From positions 65,649,524 to 65,713,523 of the forward strand of contig NC_068981.1 in NCBI RefSeq assembly GCF_001194135.2: a stretch of DNA of 64,000 nucleotides, written 5' to 3'. The notes beneath the pieces are model-generated. The model searched no databases. It had not been told where the DNA came from and saw only the letters and a program-made list of their open reading frames with translations. This stretch comes from Octopus bimaculoides. Taxonomy: Eukaryota. Position numbers and translations under genes: made by a program. This document shows, in pieces, positions 27,801 through 42,724 of the stretch; position 1 is the first letter of the stretch, and every line of letters begins with the position of its first letter.

Positions 27801-29006
27801 ACTCTTTCACAAGCGTGTGCGCACACACACTCTCACACACACACACACACACACACAGCAATCATTCCTCCTCAGAGTCGCTTCCCTTTTAAATTCCCTA
27901 TCCATCAACATTTTGCACTTTGATGTCAACCTGCAGATACTGTCCAAACTCAACATCAATCTGATAAGCTTCAGTGAACCTCTAAACATCATAGGCACTT
28001 TTCCTCCTCCTCCTCCTAATTAATAATAAAGCAAGTCAATAAGGTTGGTAAACAGCTACTAATTTGTATGATGTCACTAGTACTGCATTATGTTCATGAT
28101 CAACACATCCTTATCAGCCAAGTCCACCAAGATCTAAGTGAGTAGTGGCAATAAATCATTGCATAGTAAACCTAATCTGCTGTTTCTTTAACACCACCAC
28201 CTAGCCCAATCATCCATAGATAAATTGGAATCCCATTCAAAGAGAAATTTGTCTTTCAGCTGTTTTAGTACAATAAAAACAGAGTTGTCATCGTCATCAT
28301 TGCTTAACATCTGCCTTCCATGCTGGCATGGGTTGGATGGCCTGAGAGGAGCTGGCTTGGCAGGAGCCTGCACCAGACTTCTGTGTCTGTTTGGCATGGT
28401 TTTTTATGGCTGGATGCCCTTCCTAACACCAACCACCCAGCAAGGTGGACAGAGTGTTTTTTGCTTAGCAGAAGCACAGGTGAGATCAGTTTTGGCATGG
28501 TTTTTACAGCTGAGTGCCCTTCCAAACGCCAACCACTTTACAGTGTGGAATGTAAATATTAATTTAGGGAATTGTGGAGGTCCACAAAAGGACAAAATTG
28601 TATAGGTAAGGATATTAGCAACATTGGTACCATAGTCCGTTCGGTTATAAAGGGAAAATATGATATTGACAAGAATAATGCCTGCACAAATGATAACACA
28701 CAATCCATTTTGGGTAGTGCAGTACCAGCACCATCACCTCCAGCAGCAGCAGCCACCACTGCTGCCACACTCATTGTCATCTTTTGATGCTTATCTACCA
28801 AGTTTTCAAAATATCCAATTAACTGACTTACAGCCAATAGTTCAACTTCTTCAAGGAATCTTTGACTGACAGATACTAGAGCTTCTTCAGGCCATTCATG
28901 GAACCAATCAATGCTTGTACAATTGGTAATAGCTGGAAATTTGCGACTTCGGATTCGCAATGTGGGGCCAACAGGAGAGAAACATAACACAACCTGAAAT
29001 AAAGTA

Positions 29007-29075
<69 letters not shown>

Positions 29076-30248
29076 AAATTAGAAACAAAAGTTTTAACAT
29101 TTTTTTGGTTTCTCATTCTAAAGATGGAAATTCTTGTAAATTTTAACAACAGTAGTTAAAAGTAAAACTCCTTAATAATCTATGACCATTTGTGTTCTCT
29201 CTCTTAAAAGATTTCCTCATCAAAGATGATAAATCTTCAAATACCAACTGGAATGGTGCCACTACTGGACACAAACACACACACACACACATCTTTAGAC
29301 CACATTAAAAAAAGGGTCAGTGGACAGATTGGCATAAAATTACTCACAGACATTAGCCACTGGCCAACAGATATGCAGTCTCCCTCCTCTGCCTTTTCTG
29401 TTGCTACTACAAGAGCCACTACTCCTTGGAGCTGATTGGACTCACGTCGCCTCCAATCAGGAGTTGCTCCTCAATTTTATGTTGTGTGTCTCCACCAATA
29501 ACATTAATGTACTTGAGTGGTCTTCATCTTTTATTAGGATGCAGAAGTCTCTAAAATATAACTTATGATAGGGCTTCTCATGGTGTAAACATAAAACCAA
29601 AGAGAAGATTTATGGAGACAGTCATGTTCCACCCATCCCTACTATTGTTGTTCAACGAGGGTAGGCTTTGTTGGTCAATGCCATTATGCTGAACACCAGG
29701 TAATATAGTTACCAGGTAATTTGCTTGTAGTTTTGTTGTAGTTTTGTGGTTTTCTATAGCATATCCACATTAAGAAAGACATACAAAATGCTATTCTGAA
29801 CCAATACTACTGTCAGCGCTAATAACAAACAAGAATATAAATAAATATGACACTTTCAGATTTGGTTATACCTTTAGTGAACGACGAACTTTATCGATAT
29901 AATATCGCCAGCAGTTCTCTCGAGTGTCTTCAAGACCTTGTGCTTTTACTTCACTTCGTACAGTGCTAATAATAGTCTCAACTTCATCGTCAGCAAAAAG
30001 ATCAGCAATCTCTCCTGATGCAAGTAGGTCATTGATCAAAACAAGGAATTTTTCATCTGCTACTTGGGCATCAGTTAATAAGAAAACTGTCCCAATATTC
30101 TTCAAGCCAGCTTTTTGGTACTGAATGTTTAAATCCACTGTAAAATTGGAAAAAGAATATATGTTGTAGTTTTAGTCAACTAAAACCCTACTAAGCGGTG
30201 CTCCAGTATGGCTGCAGCCAACTAACTAAAACAAGTAAAAGAATAAAC

Positions 30249-30289
<41 letters not shown>

Positions 30290-33255
30290 NNNNNNNNNNN
30301 NNNNNNNNNNNNNNNNNNNNNNNNNNNNNNNNNNNNNNNNNNNNNNNNNNNNNNNNNNNNNNNNNNNNNNNNNNNNNNNNNNNNNNNNNNNNNNNNNNNN
30401 NNNNNNNNNNNNNNNNNNNNNNNNNNNNNNNNNNNNNNNNNNNNNNNNNNNNNNNNNNNNNNNNNNNNNNNNNNNNNNNNNNNNNNNNNNNNNNNNNNNN
30501 NNNNNNNNNNNNNNNNNNNNNNNNNNNNNNNNNNNNNNNNNNNNNNNNNNNNNNNNNNNNNNNNNNNNNNNNNNNNNNNNNNNNNNNNNNNNNNNNNNNN
30601 NNNNNNNNNNNNNNNNNNNNNNNNNNNNNNNNNNNNNNNNNNNNNNNNNNNNNNNNNNNNNNNNNNNNNNNNNNNNNNNNNNNNNNNNNNNNNNNNNNNN
30701 NNNNNNNNNNNNNNNNNNNNNNNNNNNNNNNNNNNNNNNNNNGACAACCTTTTACTGTTTTTTCTAAATTATACACATATATATTATCTTTATCTTATGC
30801 TATTTACTTTGTATTATATTATACTTATTTATTGTGCTTTTACTTATTAATTTTTCTATATGTGACTGTGACAGTGGATTTTCATCGATGAGTTCATGAA
30901 CCTTGGTTCTTTTCCCTAATACTATATATTAATATATTTTATACTGTGAAACTTAATTCAATTTTAATTTTTAATAAATTGATTTTAATTGAGTTTTTAC
31001 CTGTAATTTTGGATTTTTATCCCTAATATTATTATTATATATATATATATATATATTATTGAGCGAGAGAATGAGGGGCAAGAGAGGGGATGGAGGGAGG
31101 AAGAAATTAGCAAAAACGTTAAGAGATACACTAATTCATACTTTTAAGATCTGGTATGCCATATCCTCTCCTCAGAACAATCTGGAACACTTCCAAACTG
31201 CTTATATAAGCAGCAAGTCTTGACAGGCTTTGTTTGCCACTTCCTCCTACACCAATCAAAAGTGCATTTCCTCGAGGACTTTCCAGGATGCGGTTGATTC
31301 GACAGATATGAGTCATAGCATCTTCGAACAGAACCAGATTCATGACAGCGTTGAGTTCATTGTAACTGTCCAATGTTTCTTTTAGTATTGCACTGATACT
31401 GTTCCAGTCAGACACTGGTAAATACTTAGCGTCACCTATACCTTGGGTAAAATGGCAATACAGTAATGGTTTCTTCGTCAGAGCTGATTCATCGATGTCC
31501 TGTAAGGGATAGGAATTAAAATTATTTATTTTGCATTTTTCCATTCCTGTGTGTGTGTGTGAAATGACAACAATAGTGGTGGTGGTTGTGGTAGTGGTGG
31601 TCATGGCTATGGTGGTGATAATTCTAATGATGATGATAATGATGATTATGATGGTGATTATGATGATTATCATGGTTGATAATCACGATAATGGATATGT
31701 GTTCTCATTCATGTTTAAAATAACAATCACATGTGTTAAGGACTCAAATTTAAAGACAGCAAACCTTGTCCTGTACCAGAAACAAAATTCCAAAGACAAA
31801 AAAAAAATATCAATTGAATGTTTTATTTGACCAACGAAAGATTTTGGTCAAATAAAGCAAACCAAGAAGATACAATAATTAACCATTGCAATAACAACAG
31901 CAACAGAAGCAGCAGCAGCAGCAACAGCAGCAACAACAACAACAAACAGCTTTGGCTTTCTCTTAACCTTGCAGTAGGAAGCAGTGATAAGCAAGTTATT
32001 CGTCTTAAGTGCTCTCCAAAATTGGCCTTCCCTGAAACTCTAGTATTTTCTTCTCATAGAACTCAAATATAATTGATTTTGTAAAACAATTTCTGGAACT
32101 GTTGGCACAGCTGTGTAGTAAGAAGTTTGCTTTCCGACAACATGGTTCCAAGTTCAGTCCTACTGCAAGGCACACATAATAAGTGATTTCAATTATAGCC
32201 CAGGGCCAACCAAAGCTTTGTGAGTGAATTTGGTAGATGGAAACTTGAAAAAGATTTGTGTGCACGCACGCGCACGTGTGTGTGTGTATGTGTGCTTATG
32301 TTTGTCTGTGTTTGTCACCCACCATCACTTGACAATCAGTGTTGGTGTGCTTACAGAATGAGTACCAGGCTTTAAAAAATGTAAGTACTAAGGTCAATTC
32401 ATTCAACTAAAAATTCTTCAAGGTGGTACCCCAGTATAGCCACAGTCTAATGATTGAAACAAGTAAAAGATAACAGATTTTATCTAATATAGACTACAAG
32501 TAGTTTCCTCATTTTCAGGTGTCTAACATCATTAATACAACCAGTGTATCAAGGCTATTTCTTTAAAATAGTATTGTTAATTTTTTTACCTCAAAACTTT
32601 TCTTGATAACATCTTTCTCAAGTTTCAAGTAGTTTACTATATCTTTAGCATCAATCAACTTATCACAGTAAACTCTTTGAGACTCATGAGTCCATAAGCG
32701 AATCAAATCCGTTGGAGTTTTGCAACATTCCGGAGAGGAGAATAATATCCCCTGGAAGTAAAGAAGTTTTAAACAATAGTCAATCTTAACATTTTTATTC
32801 ATGGGTAATATCTGAGGGAAATTAATTAGGGAAGAGAAATAGGAAAATTAAAATGAAAGCATGTTTTTTTCTTAGAACATTAGGATAATTAGCAAGTATA
32901 TCACCTAATAACTTATTAAAATAGATTAAAGTAGGTAATAATCAAATAACAAGAACACAACCTTCCTACTTTAAAGTTGTTATAAATGACATTATAAATA
33001 TAAGAATGGATGATAAACAAAGGCTTAAACAAGACATGCCATTAGATAGAAAAATATCAAATTAGAAAAAAAATGTATCGGGTAAATTATGTAAGAATTT
33101 CCTTTTTACAACTATTTACTCCAGTTTTGTTTCAGGTATGGCTGTGTGATAAGAAGCTTGCTTCCCAAGTAAATGGTTCTGGGTTCGGTCCCACTATAGC
33201 CTTGAGTTAACCAAAGCCTTGGGAGTGAACTTAGTAGACAGAAACTGAAAGCCTG

Positions 33256-33308
<53 letters not shown>

Positions 33309-36300
33309 TGTGTATACATACATATACATACATATATACATACATATATATACATATATACATACATATATAATATATATATATAAAAACATACATATAT
33401 ATACATATATATATATACANNNNNNNNNNNNNNNNNNNNNNNNNNNNNNNNNNNNNNNNNNNNNNNNNNNNNNNNNNNNNNNNNNNNNNNNNNNNNNNNN
33501 NNNNNNNNNNNNNNNNNNNNNNNNNNNNNNNNNNNNNNNNNNNNNNNNNNNNNNNNNNNNNNNNNNNNNNNNNNNNNNNNNNNNNNNNNNNNNNNNNNNN
33601 NNNNNNNNNNNNNNNNNNNNNNNNNNNNNNNNNNNNNNNNNNNNNNNNNNNNNNNNNNNNNNNNNNNNNNNNNNNNNNNNNNNNNNNNNNNNNNNNNNNN
33701 NNNNNNNNNNNNNNNNNNNNNNNNNNNNNNNNNNNNNNNATATATATATATATATATACATACATACATATATAACAGCAATGACGAATTCAAATCTTTG
33801 CACATTTGTGTGATATAGCATTTGGTGTCCCAGATATCATAGCAGCTATAAGTAAAATTACAAACAACTCAGCTGTAGGTCCTCACAGATTCTCTGCTAA
33901 AGTCCTGAAGGAATGCCATCACCTCCTCACATTCCCCCTAGCCTTTCTCTGGAGGAAATCACTAGACATTGGCTATATTCCTGATGGTTTTCTTTCTCAG
34001 TCAATCTTTCCAGTCTTCAAAAAGGGCAGCAGTTCCCAGGCAGAGAATTACCGACCTATCTCCCTTACTTCTCATCTCATCAAATTATTTGAGAGAGAGG
34101 TGTAATCTAGAGTGACTCACTTCCTGGAAAGCAACAACCTGTTGGTTCCCAACCAGCATGGTTTCCGCAATGGCAGGGACTACCTTACACAGCTCCTGCA
34201 TCATTTCGACGATATCCTAAAGGCCTTGGGTGAGGGATCCAATGCAGATGTCATATATTTTGACTTCAGCAAGGCTTTTGACAAGGTTGACCACAACATC
34301 TTATTAAAAAAACTCTCCAGCATTGGAGTGCAAGGGAAGCTTCTAAAGTGGTTTAAATCCTTTCTTGTGAACAGAACGCAGCATGTAGTGATCAATGGTG
34401 TTCGATCAAGCACAGCAAAAGTCATCAGTGTTGTCCCCACAAGGCACTGTGTTAGGCCCACTCCTGTTCCTTATCTACATAAATGACATCATCAGGGTTA
34501 CTAAATACAGTAATATAAAACTTTTCGTGGATGACTCTAAGCTTCTGAAGGTTGTTGACAGGATGGGAGACTGGACAAATCTTTCAGTCGGACCTAGTTG
34601 CTGTTATCCAATGGGCAAAGAAACATAACATGCAACTGAATGAGAACAAGTTTGAGTTAATCCACTTTGGTAAAGAGGCTGCACTTAAACAACCATATAT
34701 TCTTCCTTCAGGCACACACCTCACAGCATCTTTGTGTCTATGTTTGTCCCCCACCCCACAGTTTGACAACTGGTGTTGGTGTGTTTATGTCCCCATAACT
34801 TAGCAGTTTGGCAAAAGTGACTGATAGAATAAGTACTAGTCTTTAAAAAAAGTAAGTCCTGGGGTCAATTTGTTTAGCTAAAACCCTTCAGGGCAGTGCC
34901 CCAGCATGGCCGCAGTCAAATGACTGAAACAAACAAAGGATAAAAGAAAAAAGATAGATCAGAAGAAAACTGCACAGAAAGTTTATATTCAACAATGGAA
35001 TACAGTGAATTGCCAAAGGTGGTGATTATGATGATTAAGGTGAAAAATCAAAAGGAATAGAAATCAATAAGAAGGATATATGAATCATAACACAGGTCAA
35101 GGTGAAGTATAGGAAATTTAATAATTAAAATTTCTTACCTGGAAAATATTGGACAAATCTCTGAGATTGAAAACATAATGGAATTTGATGGCTGTGGGCA
35201 AAAAGTTGGAGGAGACTCTTTGGTGGAGAGTAAGTGCAGCTGTAATTATATTTGGTGAGAATTTCTGTACTTGAGGAGCAAAGTTATTGAAAATCAAATG
35301 TTGGCTAAGAATGCTACAATAGATGGTATTTAAAGCATCTTGAGAAGGAAAATTGATGGCAAATACGCAGAAGTGTCTCTGAAAGAAAAAAAACCAACTT
35401 TTTAAGCTTTAAGCAAAACAATTCAGAATTATAAAATTAATTATAGAATTAATAAGGGTTGAGTCATTCAAGAGGAGAGTTGTAGGAGATGAAAGAATAT
35501 TCCAAGAATTGATAATAGTCATGTGCAAGAGATATAAATAAATAAATAAATATAAACAAAAAAAAAACAGATAATCTTTCAAAGAACTGGGTTTGCAATT
35601 TGGTTTTGATTCCTGATTCTAATTTAGTTGATAGAAAACCAACCAAACCATTAATGGGCCACACTGTATCTTGTCACTAACCGAAAAGACAATTCTCAAG
35701 GGGTTCACTCCATCTCACTGCCAGTTTCTGCTACAGAGTAAAACAAAAAACTCACAGCTTTTCCTAAAATCAAACATGAAATTGAAGACTTAAGCTGTTT
35801 CTCAAAATTCCTATGTATAATAAATTTTTAACTATTTTTCATTTCACCTATGTTGTTATTGAAAAACAAAAAAAAAATGCATGCATACAGTAACTCTAAT
35901 TTCTCCTCAGAATTATAAAAAGTGTAAGTGTGAGACCATTTTAGAGAAAACAACCAGAAAACACTTCAGTATTCATTCGTTGTGGTACAGTCAATATCTA
36001 CGTCTCACTACCATGCAACATCATACTTAAGCATATGCTTCATGCAATCAGAACTTTGTTTGTTGAGAGTAACTCTTTGCTGTTAATAGTAATCTTGCTT
36101 TTGTGAATTCTCCATCAGTCTCAAGGATAAGCATTTTGTTGTTCAAACAATTGGATTCTTATTCATGGAATCTTTGAGTTGAGAGAGAGACAGACAGACA
36201 AGCAGAGACAGAGACAGACAGATAGACAGACAGACACAGACAAACAGTCAGACAGACAAATAGAGAGGCAGGTGGGTAGAGGAGCATTTAATGGCAGTAT

Positions 36301-39300
36301 GCAATAGGAACACTTTATAATTGAAGACTGTTACTTTTGCAAACAGTTTTGTGTTCTAATTCTGTAGTTGACAAAGACGACATAAGAAGGAAAATTTATC
36401 ATAATAGAAGCACAGAGACAGACTTTCTGTGCTTTAGATAACTGCAAAAATTTTCTTTTTCCTGAATGTATCTCAACCAGTTTGGCTATTGTTCAGAAGA
36501 GTTTTAAATTCAATACAACAGTATTGTGGGAGCCAAAGGTGATGAATTAACTAATTTGCTTTAATAATATTGGAGGAGTTAATGAGTACCGAGGATGGTA
36601 ATCTAATGATTCTAAACTGATAACAAACAACAACAAAAGCAATACATGAGTGGATGAGAGAGGTTATATGAGATTCTTTCAAACTGCAAGAAACAGCAAC
36701 CCAAATTGCTCTTACATCACATCCACCTCGTACGTTAAAAAAATGAAGGACATATCAGATAATGCAATCCTGGATACACCCAGCCTGAAATTAAGTAGGT
36801 TAGTCATGGCTGGGGTGTTTTGGAGATAAGTCCGCTGGATCAGAGTTAACCTAGCAATAAACAACAACAATAGTAATGCAATTTTATCACTGGGATACTG
36901 CAGAGCCATCTTAGAAGCATTGTAGGTTCCTGGGCAAATCAATGAACTGAGCCCTAAAGTATCTATTTGTTGACAACAGCAAGGTAAAGCACACATAGAT
37001 CAGAATTGGCCTTAGATGCATGGGGCACCAGGGAAACTTCCCAGTGTGCCCATGCATTAAGGTAACACTGGGCTACTGACATATTGCATGATTTAAATGA
37101 TAAGGTCTCACCACTCACCTGTAAACGGGGATCAATTGTAAAACTGCCAGCTGTTGGGTTCATGCAAGCAACGTATTGTGTATTGTGTATGTCTTTGACA
37201 GTCAACTTCACGCGATCATACCACTGGTTATGATCTAGATGTTGTCTCATCAGAGTATGTGGTTGTACTGTGAAATACTGGTCAACCTTAAGATTGAGAG
37301 GTGCAATGAAGGAAAATAACAGTAAGTTTATGATTGAATCTAAAACAAGCAAAGCATGGAAAGTTTGTTCTGGCTGTTGAAGAATGAACATAATATAACA
37401 GAATGCTGTATTTTCAAATCAACATAATATTTATTTAGGAGGAAAAAAATTAGTTTTAAATTTCTGAGTGAGAAGTAAGTAGTAACAATACTACAGAGTA
37501 AAATCTATTTGCTAATGTAAATTGGCAGTCCTGATTAGGACGGTGTTACTACTTTTTTTTAGCCCAAGGAATACATCTTTTTCAGCTGGCTACCGATGCA
37601 CAACTGCATCCTTATACCTCAAACAAGGGAAATATTGTTCCCACTCAGCCTTAAAGGTACCTGCAGACCATGGTTTCTGAGTTATATCTCTTCATCAACA
37701 CAGGCTAACCATTGGCTAGAGATGGCAGCACTAGGCTTGTTCGAGGTGTATACTTGTAAAGTGATACACAGTTACTGATCTTGTAAAGAGGAAAACAATT
37801 AATTTTAAATCTCTGAGTGAGAAGTAAGTAGCAATAGTACTACAGAGTAAAATCTATTTGCCAATGTAAATTGGCAGTCCTGATTAGGACGATGTTACTA
37901 CCTTTTTTTTTAGCCCCAGGAAAACATTTTTTCCAGCTGGCTACCAATGCCAGGTACCGTTTAAGACTGTGTAGGGACATTAGCTCCCTTGTTCAAGGTA
38001 TAAGGACACAGTTGTGCATCAATAGTCAGCTGGAAAAGATGTTTTCCTGGGGCTAAAAAAAAAAGTAGTAACATTGTCTTAATCAGGACTGCCAATTTAC
38101 ATTGGTAAATAGATTTTACTCTATAATACTTATTACTTTCATTCAACCAGAAATCTGGTAAATACAGCCACAGAAAAGTGCAATTCAGATGAATCAACAA
38201 TGATGAACATACAAATGGGTGCTGAAAAGTTTCTGGCTTTAAGGGTATCATGAAAGGCCTGGTTGGAGGCCTAACCTTCTGAATTCTTTTGCAAGGCTTA
38301 GAAAAACTAGGTGTGTGAATCTGAGAGGAATATGTTGAATAAAATCATAATTAACTGATCCTCTTATGTCTTCTTTTACCCAAAGCCAGGAACTTTTCAG
38401 CACCCACCTCATGTGTGTGTGTGTGTATGTTTTGTGTGCATGTTTTGTGTGTTTTTCCCAACTTCTCTGATTGAGTATATGTAAGAAGGAGAAATAGAAT
38501 GATGGTAAGTGTTAATGTGAAAGAATTGTCTTTAACAACATTGACATCAGGCAAAGTCTCTAACCACATAGACAATCACTGATAAGTGATTATAATCATG
38601 GCAGTTTATATCAAGACAACAAAACGCCTAGAATCTTCAATATGCTTTCAAGCATGTAAATGAGAGAGAGAGAGAGAGAGTCACGTTTTCGGTGTTTGAT
38701 AGCAATTTCATTAAATAGAATAAATGTTGAAAGACGTGTCTATTTGTCTGCATAGATGATTAGCAATGCCAGTTGATGATGATGATGACGGTGGTGGTGG
38801 TCGTCATTGTCGTCATTGTCATTATCATCGTCATCATTATTATTTAACATCCATTTTCAATACTGGCAGGTTGGATGGCCCTACAAGAGCTGGCAAGGCC
38901 AGGTGCTGCATCAGGTTCCATAGTCTATTTTGGATTGATTTCTACAGCTGATTGCCCTTCCCAATGCCAAACACTTTACAGAGTGTACTGGGTGCTTTTT
39001 ATGTGGCACCATCATCCATGCTTTTTATATGGCACCATTTCACTTATCTGTACAGAGATATTGACAGTTTGAGGGGGATGATCAGCTACAAACTCAATAT
39101 AACTAGACATATCATTATATGAAATACAGAAAGCATATTTTTTATAAATAAAAAAAACAAGAAGAATAAAAGAAATCTTACTTCTGGCATATTCATGTCA
39201 TCTACAAAGTAGATGAGCTTCTTGTTACCAAGGGGACCATAGTTTCGTCCTGCTTTTTTTTCAAGTGGTTTTTCTAGAATTCGTTGTAGCATTTCAGATG

Positions 39301-41362
39301 TTGTGTAAAAGTTGAAGGGCACATTGGCAATCACATATTCATCAGGGAGAGATATCAGTTTGTCCTGCATGAGGACAGTCTTGCCACTTCCTGCTGTACC
39401 AACAAGCATCACAGGCCTCTTTGAAGCAATTAGGATGTCCAGAAAGTACCGGATTCGAGTTGTTTCAGCTGTTGGCACCATAGTTGCCTGTCACAAAATA
39501 TTACAAACTAACTAGTTACAATAATTTCCCAAAACAAAGTAGAACAAAACAAACAGATTTAAGATCTAATGAGCTGATAATAAAGTTGAAATAAACTATG
39601 ATAATTTATAGGCCCCAATTTCACCTAATATGGAATACTACATATATATTTGGGATGGTAAACCTTTAAATGCTGATATTGTACACTTAATTTACATTAT
39701 GCCAGATCAATAAGGATAGTCACTAGTTATTAGATTTGGAAACTAATGAGGGTCTGTATCAACATATATCAAGAGAGATAGAAAATATTGAGTGTAGGGA
39801 CATTTACATTTAGGCGAAGGGAATATGAAAAGTCTAAACAGTTATACCTATGTTTACTGAACTATCTAAAGTTAATAAAGAATACATACTGGGAACAAAT
39901 AACAACAATAAAAGTATGCTTTTAAAAAATAAGATGAGGAGTACATCAAGGTTTTGTACTATATCCAGTTCTTTCTACTCTATGTCTATTTTATCTTTTA
40001 TTTATGATAATAATTACCACTAGATATTTGTTTTTCTGGACCTGTTCCATGCAATTTAAGTTTGCATTCTGATATGGCTTTCTTTTTTTCACAAGATAAC
40101 CAATGCAGGTTCAAAATATAAAAACAAAATGGGTGTGTATTGGTGTGCAATTAGAAGAAATAGAGACTTAGTTTTAACTGCCTTCTAAGCTACATAAAAA
40201 TTCTTGCACATTTTTTGCCAGTCTTACATAGAATAAATTTGCAGAACTCACATTATATTTCCCTTATGAAATAATCCCAACTTTTTATTATATTAAAAGT
40301 TTGCAGCATAATCGAAAGTACCAATAATTATATGTACAGGTAGGAACTTATGATGAGGTCATACGAGTTAGCTATGTATTCCCAACCAGAAAATGTTCAA
40401 TTCCTGGTCCATACAATTACACTGCAGCCTTTCTCATGGAAGTACCCCAAAAATAGAATTTTACCAACCTCAGAAAAATGTAATTCTTACACACATGTTA
40501 TTGCTGTAGAGACACACCTGTGCATACATTAATAATACCATAATAATCACTGGCACCAAGTAACCTAAAACTTTAGCAACACACTCACCAACATCATATA
40601 CTACATCCCATGAAAACTCAGTGGTGACCTCGACATTGGTGGAAGAAGTTATAATCTGGGTAATTGCCTCTACAAGTACCTTCACTTTGCATTCCAATTC
40701 ACACTATAATGCACTCCAAGCCAACTCATGGCCCACTATTTCAACACACCAGGACACTCTACAAACCATGTCTGTCCACCTCAGGACATCACACACCAGA
40801 AAACAAAGAATATGACATTGTATTAGCTCTTAAAACACATCTCCTAGATTCAAGCAAAAAATTCTCCTCTTCCACTTCCTAGTCACAGTCCACCTGCTTT
40901 TACATATGTATGTCATTAGAAGCTTTCATTTTACTTTATTTCTGTAATTTTTAGTTTTATTTCTTTCCTATTTCTAAAAAATATTATTGCAAATATTTGC
41001 TCATAAATAAGAACATAAGAGCTGGTATCACAGCTTTCCTTGTGCAATTTCAAGGTTTGATGCTGACTGTTTTCCAATTTTGTCCACATAAAGGTGCAGG
41101 CATGCCTGTGTGGTAATGAATCTTACTTTAAACCACATGGTTTCAGGTTCACCTTGGGCAAGTGTCTTTTACTATAGTTTCAGTTCATCAAATGCTTATG
41201 TATATGTGTGTGTTTGTGCTTGTCCTCTTACCATCGCTTGACAACCTGAGTTGGTTTGTTTATGTCCCTGTAACTTAGCAGTTCAGCAAAAGTTACTTTG
41301 CAAGTTACAGATGTCCTTTTTCTAATTTCACAGATCGTCGAAAGTGCAGTACTCATGCTTAC

Positions 41363-41400
<38 letters not shown>

Positions 41401-42635
41401 CATATAAAACAGGCTCCCATACAGTTTCTATGTATGACAGTCACTCACAAGGCATTGATCAACCCATGGCTACAGTAGAAAAGACTTGCCCAAAATGCTG
41501 CACAATGGGACTGAACCCAAAACTAGATGGTTAGGAAACAAACTTCTAAAGCAAACAACCAAACCTGATGTATATATAATTTAACAGAAGCTGAAACTTC
41601 ATTGACACAGTTCCAAGTGCATTGACAATAGAATATTTCTTACTTCTCTAAATCACCTTTATCAAGCTGACTGTCTGACAGATTTTATTCATATAATGTG
41701 CCAAAGATTACCAAAACAAACATCAGCTGTCACCAATAATCAATAGCTTTCAACTGTACTGACTTAACTTCAGCAGTGGAGAGTAAACAAACTTATTGTT
41801 TACAATAAAATTAAAACAATAAACTCTAACATAGACACAAAGTCCTGACTATGGAGAAGGGAACAGTTGATCTTATCAATATCAGTACTTGATAGGTACT
41901 TTATTTTATCAACCTTGGAGGGATGAAAAGCAAAGTCAACTTCAGTGGGATTTGAACTCCAAACCTAGAAGGATGTAACTTGAGGTTGTTTGTGAGGATG
42001 TTTGTCCAATGGCTCTGCTGATTAGGACAATTAATGATAAAGATATTTTTTCTAATTTTTGGCAGCAGCTATTTTGAGGGAAGGGGTAATTGATTACATT
42101 TACCCCAGGGTTCGACTGGTACTTATTTTATTAATCCCGAAATGATGGAAGGCAAAGTCAATTTTGTTGGCACTTGAACATGGAATGGAAAGCCAGAAGA
42201 AATGCCTCTGAGAATTTTGTTTGACATGCTCACAATTCTGCCAGCTCACCACCCAGAATCATAATAATAATGGTAATGACAGAAGTACAAGACCACATTC
42301 ACTGCTTACAGCCAGGTCAACAGCATCTTCAACTTTCTGTAATCCTTATTCAACAACTTGAATTAGGTGTTAAAGTTTTCACTTTGCATGACAATAAACT
42401 TGTTAATATTCTACAAACTCTTATTTCAACTAATTGCTGCTGACATAGGCTTTTACCAGTTCTTCAGATTCTATTTCTTTATTCTAAATCTAATATAATG
42501 AATGCGAAAACTAATTTCTGTGTGTCAGTGTGTCACACTTTGACCCCCATCTCTCACTATTCAATGACATTTCTACTATTCTTCATGATGGGGTGAGAGT
42601 AATAGTAGGCGTAGAGACAATGAGGGTGGTGGTGA

Positions 42636-42724
<89 letters not shown>

